From: Acaryochloridaceae cyanobacterium VAR_48_metabat_390
GTDB lineage: Bacteria > Cyanobacteriota > Cyanobacteriia > Thermosynechococcales > Thermosynechococcaceae
Assembly: GCA_031422435.1 (NCBI GenBank)
Contig: JANPLU010000011.1
Coordinates: forward strand, 1-23,336
Reading direction: 5' to 3'
Length of the DNA stretch: 23,336 nucleotides
Made by a program: the position numbers and the translations under genes. Below, piece after piece: positions 1 through 8,879 of the stretch. Each line of letters opens with the position of its first letter. Within the stretch, counting starts at the first letter, position 1. The notes beneath the pieces were generated by a model. That model was given only the letters and a program-made list of their open reading frames with translations. It was not told the DNA's origin and searched no databases.

Positions 1-271
1 TTATAGATCTAAAAATGAGTCATCAATCTCAGGTTCATGAAAATACAAGAAGCAACTCATTCATTGTTTAAGCCGCTAAGATAGATATATCAACACCTTA
101 AGAAAAGATGAGATCAGCCAGAGAGGTTGAGATATTGCCTAAATACTATTGTTTCAATTCAGATTTAATTACTTTCTAGATAAGTATTTATTCTGATACT
201 AAGATTGTGTTTTTCCACGCTTAATAAAACCCTTTTTATGAGGAGAAGAGTTAACCCTCTTCTAGGGAAGC

Positions 272-2350
272 ATGTTATGGCGAAAGCAGACTCGTCAGGA
301 TACTCCGCCCTCGTTACCGCCTTTTTTAGGGCGCACGCTGCCTTCTTTACTCGATGAGGGCTGTCGTCACACACCCAATGGGGATGCGTTTCACCAGTGG
401 TCAGCTTCAGGTTGGCAGTCTTTTTCTAATGAGCAGGTGCGGGATGCAGCCGAAGATTTAGCTGTGGGGCTGATGGGGTTAGGGCTAAAGAAGGGCGATC
501 GCCTTGCCCTCCTCATGCACAGTGACGTACAGTTCTGCATCGCGGATATCGGCAGCCTGTTGGCAGGGCTGGTCAATGTGCCGATTGATCTCACCCAAAC
601 TTTAGAGAACATCCTTGGAACCCTTCAGCATTCAGAGGCAAAAGTGCTGATGGTTTCAAATTTAGACTTGCTGAATCAGGTCGCGCCTTTTTTAGGTCAA
701 GCCGCTCACCTTCAGCACGTTATTGTGGCGCAGGTACCCTTGCAGTGGGGGCAGCAGAAAACCCAGGCGTCCCTAGACTTGCAGAACCTAGCTTCAGTCC
801 CTTCACCTTCCGCCTGTTTATCGCTCTCCGCCGTTCATCTTAACGGGGCAGAGCAGCGTTGGCCTTACTGCACGGCGGGCATTAAGGTATGGTCTTTGGT
901 CGAAATTCAGCGTCAGAGCCAACGTTCTCCTTCACGAGTGCAGGTTCAGTCGTTACGCGCAAATATCCAACCCCAGGATCTGGCAACGTTCATTTATCTG
1001 CCTGATGCAGCGGGTCAGCTCCAGGCCGTGATGCTTACCCATGAAAACCTCTCCTCTAATGCGCTGGTGGCATTTCACAGCCTGCCCACCCTTAAGCGCG
1101 GTGCCAAAGAAGTGGTGCTTTCGTTTTTGCCCTTAAATCATGTCTTGGCGCGATCGCTCCTTTACGGTCACATGGCCTACGGCCACAGCATTTACTTCAC
1201 CACAGCGCATCGGGTCATGAAGCATCTACAAGAGGTGCGCCCCACCATTTTGACGACGGTGCCGCTGTTGCTAGAAAAGGTGTACAGCAAGCTATTAGAA
1301 GCTGCCCATAAACCCTCGCGGCTTGGCGTTCAGCGATGCTTTCAGCACTGGGGGGTACAGCTCGCGCAGCGCTATGAGCTAGGGCGCACTGGCTCACTGT
1401 GGAATGTGCTGCTGCGGCAGTTGGCAGATCCGCTGATTTTTGCACGATGGCGATCGCTGCTATTTGGTGGGCGCTTAAGATACCTGCTCAGCGGTGGTGC
1501 AGCGCTGGATGGCAAAATCGTCAATCTGTTTGCCGCAGCAGGCATCCGCATTTTGCAGGGCTATGGGCTAACGCAGGCGAGTGCCGTCGTGTGCGTCAAT
1601 CGTGAGCGCTTAAACTATGCCGGAACCGTTGGCCCTCCGGTGACAGGCGCTGAGGTCAAAATTGCGCCCGATGGCGAAATTCTGGTGCGAGGGCCTTCGG
1701 TGACGCCGGGTTATTACAAAAACCCTGAGTTAACCCGCGCCTCCATTGATGCCCAGGGCTGGCTGCATACCGGAGACTTAGGGATCTTTACCACGGGGGG
1801 CTGCTTGAAAATTACGGGTCTAAAGAAAGATTTGTTTAAGCTGGCAGCCGGAAAATATATTGCGCCACTGCCCATTGAGGAAAGATTGAGGCGATCGCCC
1901 CTCATTTATCAAGCCATCGTCGTCGGCGCAGATCGTAAATTCTGCGGGGTGTTACTGTTCCCAAACTGGAAAGCACTGCGGCAAGAAGCCCAGCGACTCG
2001 GCCTAACGCTCTCAGCAGAAGACCTCTTGCGCCATCCGTGGATTTTGAAGCGCTATCAGGCGATCGTCGAAGCTGCAAACTGTCATTTGCCCTACTGGTC
2101 TGCTGTTAAGCAATTTCGGCTCATTCCTACTGCGCTCACGGTCGAGAAAGGGTTACTAACGCCCATCGGTCAGCTTCAGCGCACCGCAATCTTAGCGCGG
2201 TTTGCCTCAGAGATTGAGATGCTTTATGGCACTGCCGCCCCCACCCCATCAGAACCCTTCACAACGCCCCACCCATCGCCTCCGCCTGACCTAGAAGGAG
2301 AGGCTTGTCCAGCGTTTGCACAATCTTTAAGTCCTCGTTTCACAACCTAA
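272..2350 (+). CDS. Long-chain acyl-CoA synthetase (FadD/ACSL-type AMP-binding) homologue with degenerate catalytic motifs
   Basis: 692-aa ORF with ACSL-type motifs: GLKKGDRLAL, VMLTHENL, LSFLPLNHV, VRPTILTTVPLLLEKVY, SGGAALD, QGYGLT, GTVGPP, GEILVRGPSVTPGYYKNPELT, GWLHTGDLG, GKYIAP. The P-loop and other catalytic residues are altered (see findings). Confidence 0.9.
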   Translation: MLWRKQTRQDTPPSLPPFLGRTLPSLLDEGCRHTPNGDAFHQWSASGWQSFSNEQVRDAAEDLAVGLMGLGLKKGDRLALLMHSDVQFCIADIGSLLAGLVNVPIDLTQTLENILGTLQHSEAKVLMVSNLDLLNQVAPFLGQAAHLQHVIVAQVPLQWGQQKTQASLDLQNLASVPSPSACLSLSAVHLNGAEQRWPYCTAGIKVWSLVEIQRQSQRSPSRVQVQSLRANIQPQDLATFIYLPDAAGQLQAVMLTHENLSSNALVAFHSLPTLKRGAKEVVLSFLPLNHVLARSLLYGHMAYGHSIYFTTAHRVMKHLQEVRPTILTTVPLLLEKVYSKLLEAAHKPSRLGVQRCFQHWGVQLAQRYELGRTGSLWNVLLRQLADPLIFARWRSLLFGGRLRYLLSGGAALDGKIVNLFAAAGIRILQGYGLTQASAVVCVNRERLNYAGTVGPPVTGAEVKIAPDGEILVRGPSVTPGYYKNPELTRASIDAQGWLHTGDLGIFTTGGCLKITGLKKDLFKLAAGKYIAPLPIEERLRRSPLIYQAIVVGADRKFCGVLLFPNWKALRQEAQRLGLTLSAEDLLRHPWILKRYQAIVEAANCHLPYWSAVKQFRLIPTALTVEKGLLTPIGQLQRTAILARFASEIEMLYGTAAPTPSEPFTTPHPSPPPDLEGEACPAFAQSLSPRFTT

Positions 2351-2371
2351 CTTCTTAAGAAGGTGTGACCT

Positions 2372-4690
2372 ATGCTAAAACCATTCCGAACCGCCGCTGT
2401 CTTAGGTGCAGGCGTGATGGGTACGCAAATTGCAGCGCATCTCGCCAATGCAGGTTTGACTGTTCATCTCCTCGATATTGCTGCCCCGACGGATAGTAAA
2501 AACGCCATTGTAGAAGCTGCATTTAAGAAAGGACTGAAGCTCTCGCCGCCCATCTTTTTTACAGACAAAACCGCCCACCGCGTCACCCTGGGTAACTTTA
2601 ACGAACACTTTGCTCGCCTTGCCGATGTGGATTGGGTAATTGAGGCCGTCGTCGAAAATTTAGCCATTAAGCAGCAGTTGATGGCGCGACTAGAGCAGGT
2701 TGTCCGCAATGATGCTGTAGTTTCCACTAACACCAGCGGACTGCCGATTCATAACATTATTCAGGGTTGTTCTGAGGCGTTTCGCAAACGGTTTTTAGGC
2801 ACCCATTTCTTTAACCCGCCGCGCTACCTCAAGCTGCTGGAGCTAATTCCTACTGCCGATACCGATCCGCAAGTTGTAGAGCGAGTGCAGCATTTTGGCG
2901 AACTGCACTTAGGCAAAGGGGTTGTGATTGCGAAGGATACGCCTAACTTTATTGCTAACCGAATTGGGATGTTTGTGACCCTACTGGGGCTACGCGCCTT
3001 AACAGAAAAGGGCTACACCATCGAAGAAATTGATACCTTGACTGGAACCCTTGTGGGTCGGCCTAAATCTGCTACCTTTCGTACCGCCGATTTAGTGGGT
3101 CTAGATACCCTCATGTACGTCGTCGAGAACCTCTACCCAGCCATCCCTGAGGATGAACGCCGCGAGGTGTTTAGGGTGCCGGAGCTACTGCAAAAGCTGG
3201 TTACAACCGGAACGCTAGGGGCAAAGACAAGGCAAGGGTTTTACAAAAAGCAGGGCGCTCAAATTCTGGCGCTGAACTCTACGACCCTAAGCTATGAACA
3301 ACCCCAGCCGATGAATTTACCAGGGCTGGACGCGATCGCACGGATGCCAGATTTGGGCGATCGCCTTCGTGCCCTCTACGACAACACCGGACGCGCTGGA
3401 ACATTGTTCCGAGAATTGATGCTGGACACCCTTAGCTATAGTGCAAATCGCATTCCAGAAATTGCTGATACATCGGCTGACCTCGATCGCGCCATGCGCT
3501 GGGGATTTGGATGGGAATTAGGGCCGTTTGAAACTTGGGATGTATTGGGGTTTGAACGGGTCTTAGCAGACATGAAAACAGCGGGGGTAGCCGTTCCGGC
3601 TTGGGTGGAAGAGATAGAAAAAGTTGAGGGGGCAGCCTTTAGGTCGCCTTGTCCACTCAAAACAGTTTTGCTAAGTGCTGATGTTGACTTAGACACAATC
3701 AAAACTGACCCAGCACACACCCTCTGGCAAAACTCTGAAGCAGCGCTGTTAGATATTGGCGATGGTGTCGGTCTTTATGAGTTTCGCTCGAAGGGGAATA
3801 CCCTCAGCCTGAAGGTGGTGAAGGGCTTGTCTGAAGTGCTAGATCTTCTCGAAACCAATCACCTCAAAGGGTTAGTGATTGGTAGCAATAGCGCTCATTT
3901 TTCAGGGGGTGCTAACCTCGCTGAGATGGGGATGATGGCGCAGTCTGGCAGTCTAGACGGAATTGCGGATCTGATTGTGACGTTTCAAACGCTACTTCAG
4001 CGAATTTACTACTTCCCTAAACCGATTGTTGCTGCCGTGCAGGGACGGGCTTTGGGCGGTGGCTGTGAGCTGGTGATGGCCTGCCCTAACGTGGTTGCTG
4101 CCGCTGAAACCTATATTGGCCTCGTGGAACTTTCTGTAGGTCTTATCCCTGGTGCAGGCGGCATTATGCGAATGGCGGCACGAGTTGCAGAACGGGCTGC
4201 ATCTGAAACGCCGAGTCATGTGCAGCCATTCCTGAAAGCGGCCTTTGAGACCATTGCGACAGCGAAGGTATCGAGCAGTGCCGAGGAAGGGAAAGCGCTA
4301 GGATTTTTACCGCCTACCACGCAGATTTTGATGAATGGCGATCGCCGTCTCACCGTCGCAAAATCGACCGTGCTGCACTTAGCGGCGGCAGGCTACGTTC
4401 CGCCCCCACAGATGAACACCATCTACGTTTTGGGTCGTCCTGGTCGTGCCCTGCTGGATCTGGGTGCCTATACGTTTGAGCAAAGCGGATACGCCAGTGA
4501 ACATGACCGCTACCTTGCAAATCGGTTGGCCTACGTGATGACAGGTGGAGATCTCACGGCTCCGGCATTAGTCCATGAAGACTACCTGCTCGCGCTAGAA
4601 CGTGAAAACTTTATTCCCCTCTTGGGTCTACCCAAAACTCAAGAAAGGGTTGCTCACATGCTTAAAACCAAGAAACCCCTGCGAAATTAG
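2372..4690 (+). CDS. fadN: 3-hydroxyacyl-CoA dehydrogenase / enoyl-CoA hydratase (FadN-type, dehydrogenase domain N-terminal)
   Basis: GAGVMG NAD-binding motif, EAVVENL, STNTSG, HFFNPPRYLKLLE (catalytic His/Glu), KDTPNFIANRIG. The C-terminal crotonase domain has FSGGANL, ALGGGCE and GLVELSVGLIP, and the protein ends KPLRN. AAGGTG Shine-Dalgarno-like site upstream. Confidence 0.93.
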   Translation: MLKPFRTAAVLGAGVMGTQIAAHLANAGLTVHLLDIAAPTDSKNAIVEAAFKKGLKLSPPIFFTDKTAHRVTLGNFNEHFARLADVDWVIEAVVENLAIKQQLMARLEQVVRNDAVVSTNTSGLPIHNIIQGCSEAFRKRFLGTHFFNPPRYLKLLELIPTADTDPQVVERVQHFGELHLGKGVVIAKDTPNFIANRIGMFVTLLGLRALTEKGYTIEEIDTLTGTLVGRPKSATFRTADLVGLDTLMYVVENLYPAIPEDERREVFRVPELLQKLVTTGTLGAKTRQGFYKKQGAQILALNSTTLSYEQPQPMNLPGLDAIARMPDLGDRLRALYDNTGRAGTLFRELMLDTLSYSANRIPEIADTSADLDRAMRWGFGWELGPFETWDVLGFERVLADMKTAGVAVPAWVEEIEKVEGAAFRSPCPLKTVLLSADVDLDTIKTDPAHTLWQNSEAALLDIGDGVGLYEFRSKGNTLSLKVVKGLSEVLDLLETNHLKGLVIGSNSAHFSGGANLAEMGMMAQSGSLDGIADLIVTFQTLLQRIYYFPKPIVAAVQGRALGGGCELVMACPNVVAAAETYIGLVELSVGLIPGAGGIMRMAARVAERAASETPSHVQPFLKAAFETIATAKVSSSAEEGKALGFLPPTTQILMNGDRRLTVAKSTVLHLAAAGYVPPPQMNTIYVLGRPGRALLDLGAYTFEQSGYASEHDRYLANRLAYVMTGGDLTAPALVHEDYLLALERENFIPLLGLPKTQERVAHMLKTKKPLRN

Positions 4691-4701
4691 AGAGGTGATC
4701 T

Positions 4702-5889
4702 ATGAGATTGCAAGATGCCTATATTGTCAGCAGCGTTCGTACTGCGGTTGGTAAAGCGCCACGCGGGACGCTGCACACCCTGCGACCCGACGACATGGGA
4801 GCAGAAGTGGTGAAAGGGGCGATCGCCTTCATCCCTGGCCTAGATGTAAATCACATTGATGACCTAATCTTTGGGTGTTCGTTTCCTGAAGCAGAGCAGG
4901 GGTTCAATCTAGGGCGAGTGATCGCACAACGAGCAGGCTTACCGGATTCGGTTCCTGGCTGCACGGTCAATCGCTTCTGTTCGTCTGGGCTACAGACGAT
5001 CGCCATGGCAACCCAAGCAATTTTGGCGGGTCATGCTGACCTGATTGTGGCAGGCGGTACGGAATCTATGAGCTTAATTCCGATGGGCGGTCATGTGTTA
5101 TTGCCCAACCCAGATCTTTTAGCCGAATCGCCCCAGGTCTACCTCAGCATGGGGCTGACGGCGGAGAACGTGGCGCGGGAGTATCATATTTCCCGCGAAG
5201 ATCAGGATGCCTTTGCCCTGCGATCGCATCAACGCGCCTTAGCCGCCATCCGCGCAGGACGATTTGAGCGTGAGATTATTCCCCTTACGGTACGTGAAAC
5301 TTTATATGCAGAGGGCAAACCTCAAGCCACTGAAACTGAGTTCCGCCAGGATGAAGGGCCACGAGCCGATACCAGTCTTGAAGCCTTGGCGAAACTCCCA
5401 GCCGTCTTTCGCTTAGGCGGTAGCGTGACCGCAGGCAATTCTTCGCAAATGTCTGATGGAGCAGCGGCAGCAGTTGTGATGAGCGATCGCAAAGTCCGTG
5501 AGCTAAACCTACAGCCGATGGGTCGCTTGCTGGGCTATACCGTCACGGGCGTTGCCCCAGAACTCATGGGGATTGGCCCTGTTACCGCAATTCCTAAAGT
5601 GTTAGCGCAAGTCGGGCTAACACTCAATGATATTGGCCTCATTGAACTTAACGAAGCCTTTGCAGCTCAGGCTCTCGCCGTCATTCGTAAGCTGGGTCTA
5701 AATGAAGACATTGTGAACGTGAACGGAGGGGCGATCGCCTTGGGTCATCCTTTAGGCTGTAGCGGCGCAAAGTTGACTGCAACCCTCTTACACGAAATGC
5801 AGCGACGCGGCATCCGCTACGGTCTGGTCACCATGTGCGTTGGCGGCGGGATGAGTGCTGCTGGCGTGTTTGAGAATTTGATGCTTTAA
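4702..5889 (+). CDS. fadA: Acetyl-CoA C-acyltransferase (3-ketoacyl-CoA thiolase)
   Basis: Intact thiolase motifs: VRTAVGK, NRFCSSG (nucleophilic Cys), [43 protein letters not shown], 11 bp after the fadN stop. Confidence 0.95.
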   Translation: MRLQDAYIVSSVRTAVGKAPRGTLHTLRPDDMGAEVVKGAIAFIPGLDVNHIDDLIFGCSFPEAEQGFNLGRVIAQRAGLPDSVPGCTVNRFCSSGLQTIAMATQAILAGHADLIVAGGTESMSLIPMGGHVLLPNPDLLAESPQVYLSMGLTAENVAREYHISREDQDAFALRSHQRALAAIRAGRFEREIIPLTVRETLYAEGKPQATETEFRQDEGPRADTSLEALAKLPAVFRLGGSVTAGNSSQMSDGAAAAVVMSDRKVRELNLQPMGRLLGYTVTGVAPELMGIGPVTAIPKVLAQVGLTLNDIGLIELNEAFAAQALAVIRKLGLNEDIVNVNGGAIALGHPLGCSGAKLTATLLHEMQRRGIRYGLVTMCVGGGMSAAGVFENLML

Positions 5890-5922
5890 AATAAGCGCAG
5901 CACCTGATTAGGAGCGACTGAC

Positions 5923-6390
5923 GTGACACAAGCCCAAATCCAGAAAACGTTGTATGCCAACGATCTCGTCGCCTGGTTAGACGATACTGCGATCAAACTC
6001 AAGCAGCGACGGTTTGACGATATTGATATTGATAGTCTGGTTGAGGAAATAGAAGGGTTGGCAGGGCGCGATCGACGGGAGCTAAAAAATCGACTGATTG
6101 TATTGCTAAGCCATCTCATTAAGCGTCTTCATGTTGATTTGCCCAACGACTATCGAGGTTGGGAATTGACCATTCGTGAACAGCGCAGACAGTTAAGCGA
6201 TCTACTTGAACAATCACCCAGTCTGCGAAACTATTGGATTGAGGTTTTTTCGGTAGCCTGGGAAACTGCACTTTCAGAAACAAGAGAGGAATATCCTCAA
6301 GCTCAGTTGCCAGATCAGTGGATGTTTATTACTGAAATTGATGCCTTCTTGATTGAGAAGTTTTGGAACAGGGATGAGTCATTTTCTTGA
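5923..6390 (+). CDS. DUF29 family protein
   Basis: LYANDLVAW...DIDSLVEEIEGL...LIVLLSHLIK...GWELTIREQR...SPSLRNY pattern typical of cyanobacterial DUF29. GTG start with AGGAG upstream. Confidence 0.88.
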   Translation: MTQAQIQKTLYANDLVAWLDDTAIKLKQRRFDDIDIDSLVEEIEGLAGRDRRELKNRLIVLLSHLIKRLHVDLPNDYRGWELTIREQRRQLSDLLEQSPSLRNYWIEVFSVAWETALSETREEYPQAQLPDQWMFITEIDAFLIEKFWNRDESFS

Positions 6391-6446
6391 AATAATTAAA
6401 CTTTTCTAAGTACAGCGATCATCCCGACAACCCAATAGACGTGAAA

Positions 6447-8543
6447 TTAGGGCTGACTGTTACTGCATAAGTTAACTGGAGTAAAAGTATATGCATTATT
6501 GTTTTTGACTAGATTGCCAATATGCCAATAGTAGAAATTTCCGCAGCTTGTTGGAGGCGAATACGAAGGAGAAATAGCTGCTGCACCATTATAAATTTGA
6601 ACTGATGCTTGTGAGCCAGTCCAGAACGGATTCCGATAATAATCCTTCTTTAGGACATAAATCTTATATGTGCCATTCACCGCACCAACACCAATAACGG
6701 CTGTTTCTGTGGGTTCCCAGGTGCTTGGTAATTCATATTGAGAATCCCGAGGGTTTCTGACAAACGGTGGCGCAGTTAAGCTGCCTGCTCCAGGTGTAAT
6801 TATGTATGGTGGGAAGCCAATAAGTAAATCAAATTCACTCCCTAAGCAAGTATCAACGCATCCAGTTGTCGGACTAAAAGGATGCAAACTTTTCCAATCA
6901 AGGGTAATTGTGGCGTTTCCGACTGGCCTAGATTGAGGAATAGCATCGGTGTAAGGTCCATTCACCACACCTGCTGTGATCGGAATGCCCGCTCTAACAG
7001 TTCCAGTAATATAGCCTGTGCGAGAACCTATCAGAGATCGACCTGTTCCTGCAGTGAGTCCAGTAATTTCATAGCTTCCACCTCGATCCGTTGAGTCAAG
7101 ACCAAGCTGAGTTGTACCGGTAACTAATTTAGCTTGAGCTGGTGTGTTGTTAATAGAGGGGGGTAGTGCGTTAAAGGGGTCAATCAGACGGCCAATGAGA
7201 GCTGTCTCACTAGTTTGAAAAATTGCTTTTCTAACGTCTAAGCGTTTAGTTGAACCTGCAAATCCGCAATTGATGGTTTTCCCATTATTGACGATGCGCG
7301 CTACTAACTGATCTCTCGTCAATGTAGGGAATTGCCCCCAAATGAGTGCGGCAGCACCAGCAGTAACGGCTGCTGCAGTGTTAGAAGATGGAATTTCGTC
7401 ATAAATGCTAAATTGATATCCGAACCCATCATTGAGAAGTGTTGAAGGAATTCTAAGTCCTGGTGCAGCAATATTGTACCTAGTACCACCTATAGAATTG
7501 AAACTAGAGTAAGTTGCCCTGCAATCATTATGCTCTGTCGCCATGACTCGTAGAGCAATATTGGGATTGCCAGATTCGTAACGGCTATCTGAACTGTTAT
7601 TATCTCCTGCTGGCACTACAAGTACTTTGCCAGCCGTTCTGAGGGCAATAATTTCTGCTTCAAGAGTACTACTAAGGTAGGATCCAAAAGAAACTCCTGA
7701 GAGAACTACTTTAGTAGGTGGATTAGTGACTGTAGTTCGGGCATAAGCTAAACCTAAAGCAAGGCCAAAGTCAGTGCAGCCCACATATCGAGAGCAAATT
7801 CTCACAGGTAAAATTTTGCTATTGTGACTGACTCCTTCTGCGTAAAGATTATTTCTAGATCGGGCAGCCACAATCCCAGCAAAAAATGTTCCTGCACCAA
7901 TATCATCAAGAGGTTCATTATCCTCATCTACAAAATCTATTCCTTTCAAGACTTTACCAACTAAATCAGGATGGTTATAGTCCACTCCGGTACTCAGAAT
8001 GGCCACCGTCGGAGGAGTGGTCGAAAGACCTCCTAAGTCAGCAGTTTTACGGATAACCGTGTGATGCCACTGTAGCCCCACCCCTGAATCTCTAGAAACA
8101 AGTCTTGGCGTGGCTTGTCGTAGGGCTGGACGTTGAGTTGCAGTTCTGAATCCCCTGGGAATCGATACTTGAGGCTTGATTGGATGGATTCCATTCCGCT
8201 CAAGAAATTTGACATTTGGATTTTGTCGGAGAGAATTTACTGCCGCCGTTGCACTTGCTTCACTGGGAAATTCCAGCAAAAGGGCGCTACCTTCGATTTC
8301 ACTGACGACTTTACCCTTACCTTTTATGGCTAACGCTCTTATTGATGCAGTCGCTGCATTTGGCCGAAGACCCACAATCAGTTGCTTTGCCACAAAGTCC
8401 TTGCCAGCAATTTTGCCGCCTTTAAGCCCAAACCCTAGCTTGACCGGTCTTGTTGCTCCCACAGTAATGATGCTGTTACCAAGATATAGAACGGCAATAG
8501 TTGTTCCTAATATCATGGAACGGATGCTAAGATTTACGCTCAT
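6447..8543 (-). CDS. Probably secreted S8 subtilisin-fold protein (pro-domain + S8 domain + C-terminal beta-sandwich domains), predicted catalytically inactive
   Basis: S8 scaffold: VAILSTGVDYNHPDL, GxGTxxAGIVAA, KILPVRI, VVPAGD, YSSF, IAAPG, AGAAALIW. N-terminal hydrophobic stretch (ILGTTIAVLYLG) and an I9-like pro-region (QLIVGL...LRQNPNVKFLERN). ATG at 8543 is preferred as start; the ORF extends to 8594. Confidence 0.85.
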   Translation of the reverse strand: MSVNLSIRSMILGTTIAVLYLGNSIITVGATRPVKLGFGLKGGKIAGKDFVAKQLIVGLRPNAATASIRALAIKGKGKVVSEIEGSALLLEFPSEASATAAVNSLRQNPNVKFLERNGIHPIKPQVSIPRGFRTATQRPALRQATPRLVSRDSGVGLQWHHTVIRKTADLGGLSTTPPTVAILSTGVDYNHPDLVGKVLKGIDFVDEDNEPLDDIGAGTFFAGIVAARSRNNLYAEGVSHNSKILPVRICSRYVGCTDFGLALGLAYARTTVTNPPTKVVLSGVSFGSYLSSTLEAEIIALRTAGKVLVVPAGDNNSSDSRYESGNPNIALRVMATEHNDCRATYSSFNSIGGTRYNIAAPGLRIPSTLLNDGFGYQFSIYDEIPSSNTAAAVTAGAAALIWGQFPTLTRDQLVARIVNNGKTINCGFAGSTKRLDVRKAIFQTSETALIGRLIDPFNALPPSINNTPAQAKLVTGTTQLGLDSTDRGGSYEITGLTAGTGRSLIGSRTGYITGTVRAGIPITAGVVNGPYTDAIPQSRPVGNATITLDWKSLHPFSPTTGCVDTCLGSEFDLLIGFPPYIITPGAGSLTAPPFVRNPRDSQYELPSTWEPTETAVIGVGAVNGTYKIYVLKKDYYRNPFWTGSQASVQIYNGAAAISPSYSPPTSCGNFYYWHIGNLVKNNNAYTFTPVNLCSNSQP

Positions 8544-8826
8544 TGACCATTTCCTTTGATCGGATCTAACATTAGTTAGAGGGATAAAATCCATCTACAA
8601 TCTGCAAACAAGCAGTATGGGCAAAAATCATCCATCAATGCTTCTTAACTTGGCATATAGACAGCAATCTGTCCACAAATATCACTCTATAGGCAATATA
8701 GACCAATTTTATTCATCTATATACTGAATTAGTAACATATACAGATACATTGCTCATTTAGGTATATGAGCGGATAAATTAAACTATTTTGCAGACATCT
8801 CGTAACCTATATTTTTGTGTGTAAGC

Positions 8827-8857
8827 AAAAAAAGAGGGTGGAGTTATCCACCCTCTT
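8827..8857 (-). terminator. Rho-independent terminator of the DUF4912 gene
   Basis: AAGAGGGTGGA-gtta-TCCACCCTCTT 11-bp stem followed by a U-run on the minus strand, about 20 bp past the stop at 8880. Confidence 0.85.
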
Positions 8858-8879
8858 CGCTCAGATTAAATTTGTCTAT

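Noticed and set aside
14..61. AATGAGT...ACTCATT inverted half-sites resembling a TetR-type FadR box upstream of the fad operon
   Set aside because: The arms are only 7 bp and 34 bp apart in AT-rich DNA; the spacing does not fit a compact operator and no regulator is in view.
8176..8559. 127-aa plus-strand ORF opposite the S8 N-terminus
   Set aside because: Antisense shadow with a TTG start and no supporting signals.
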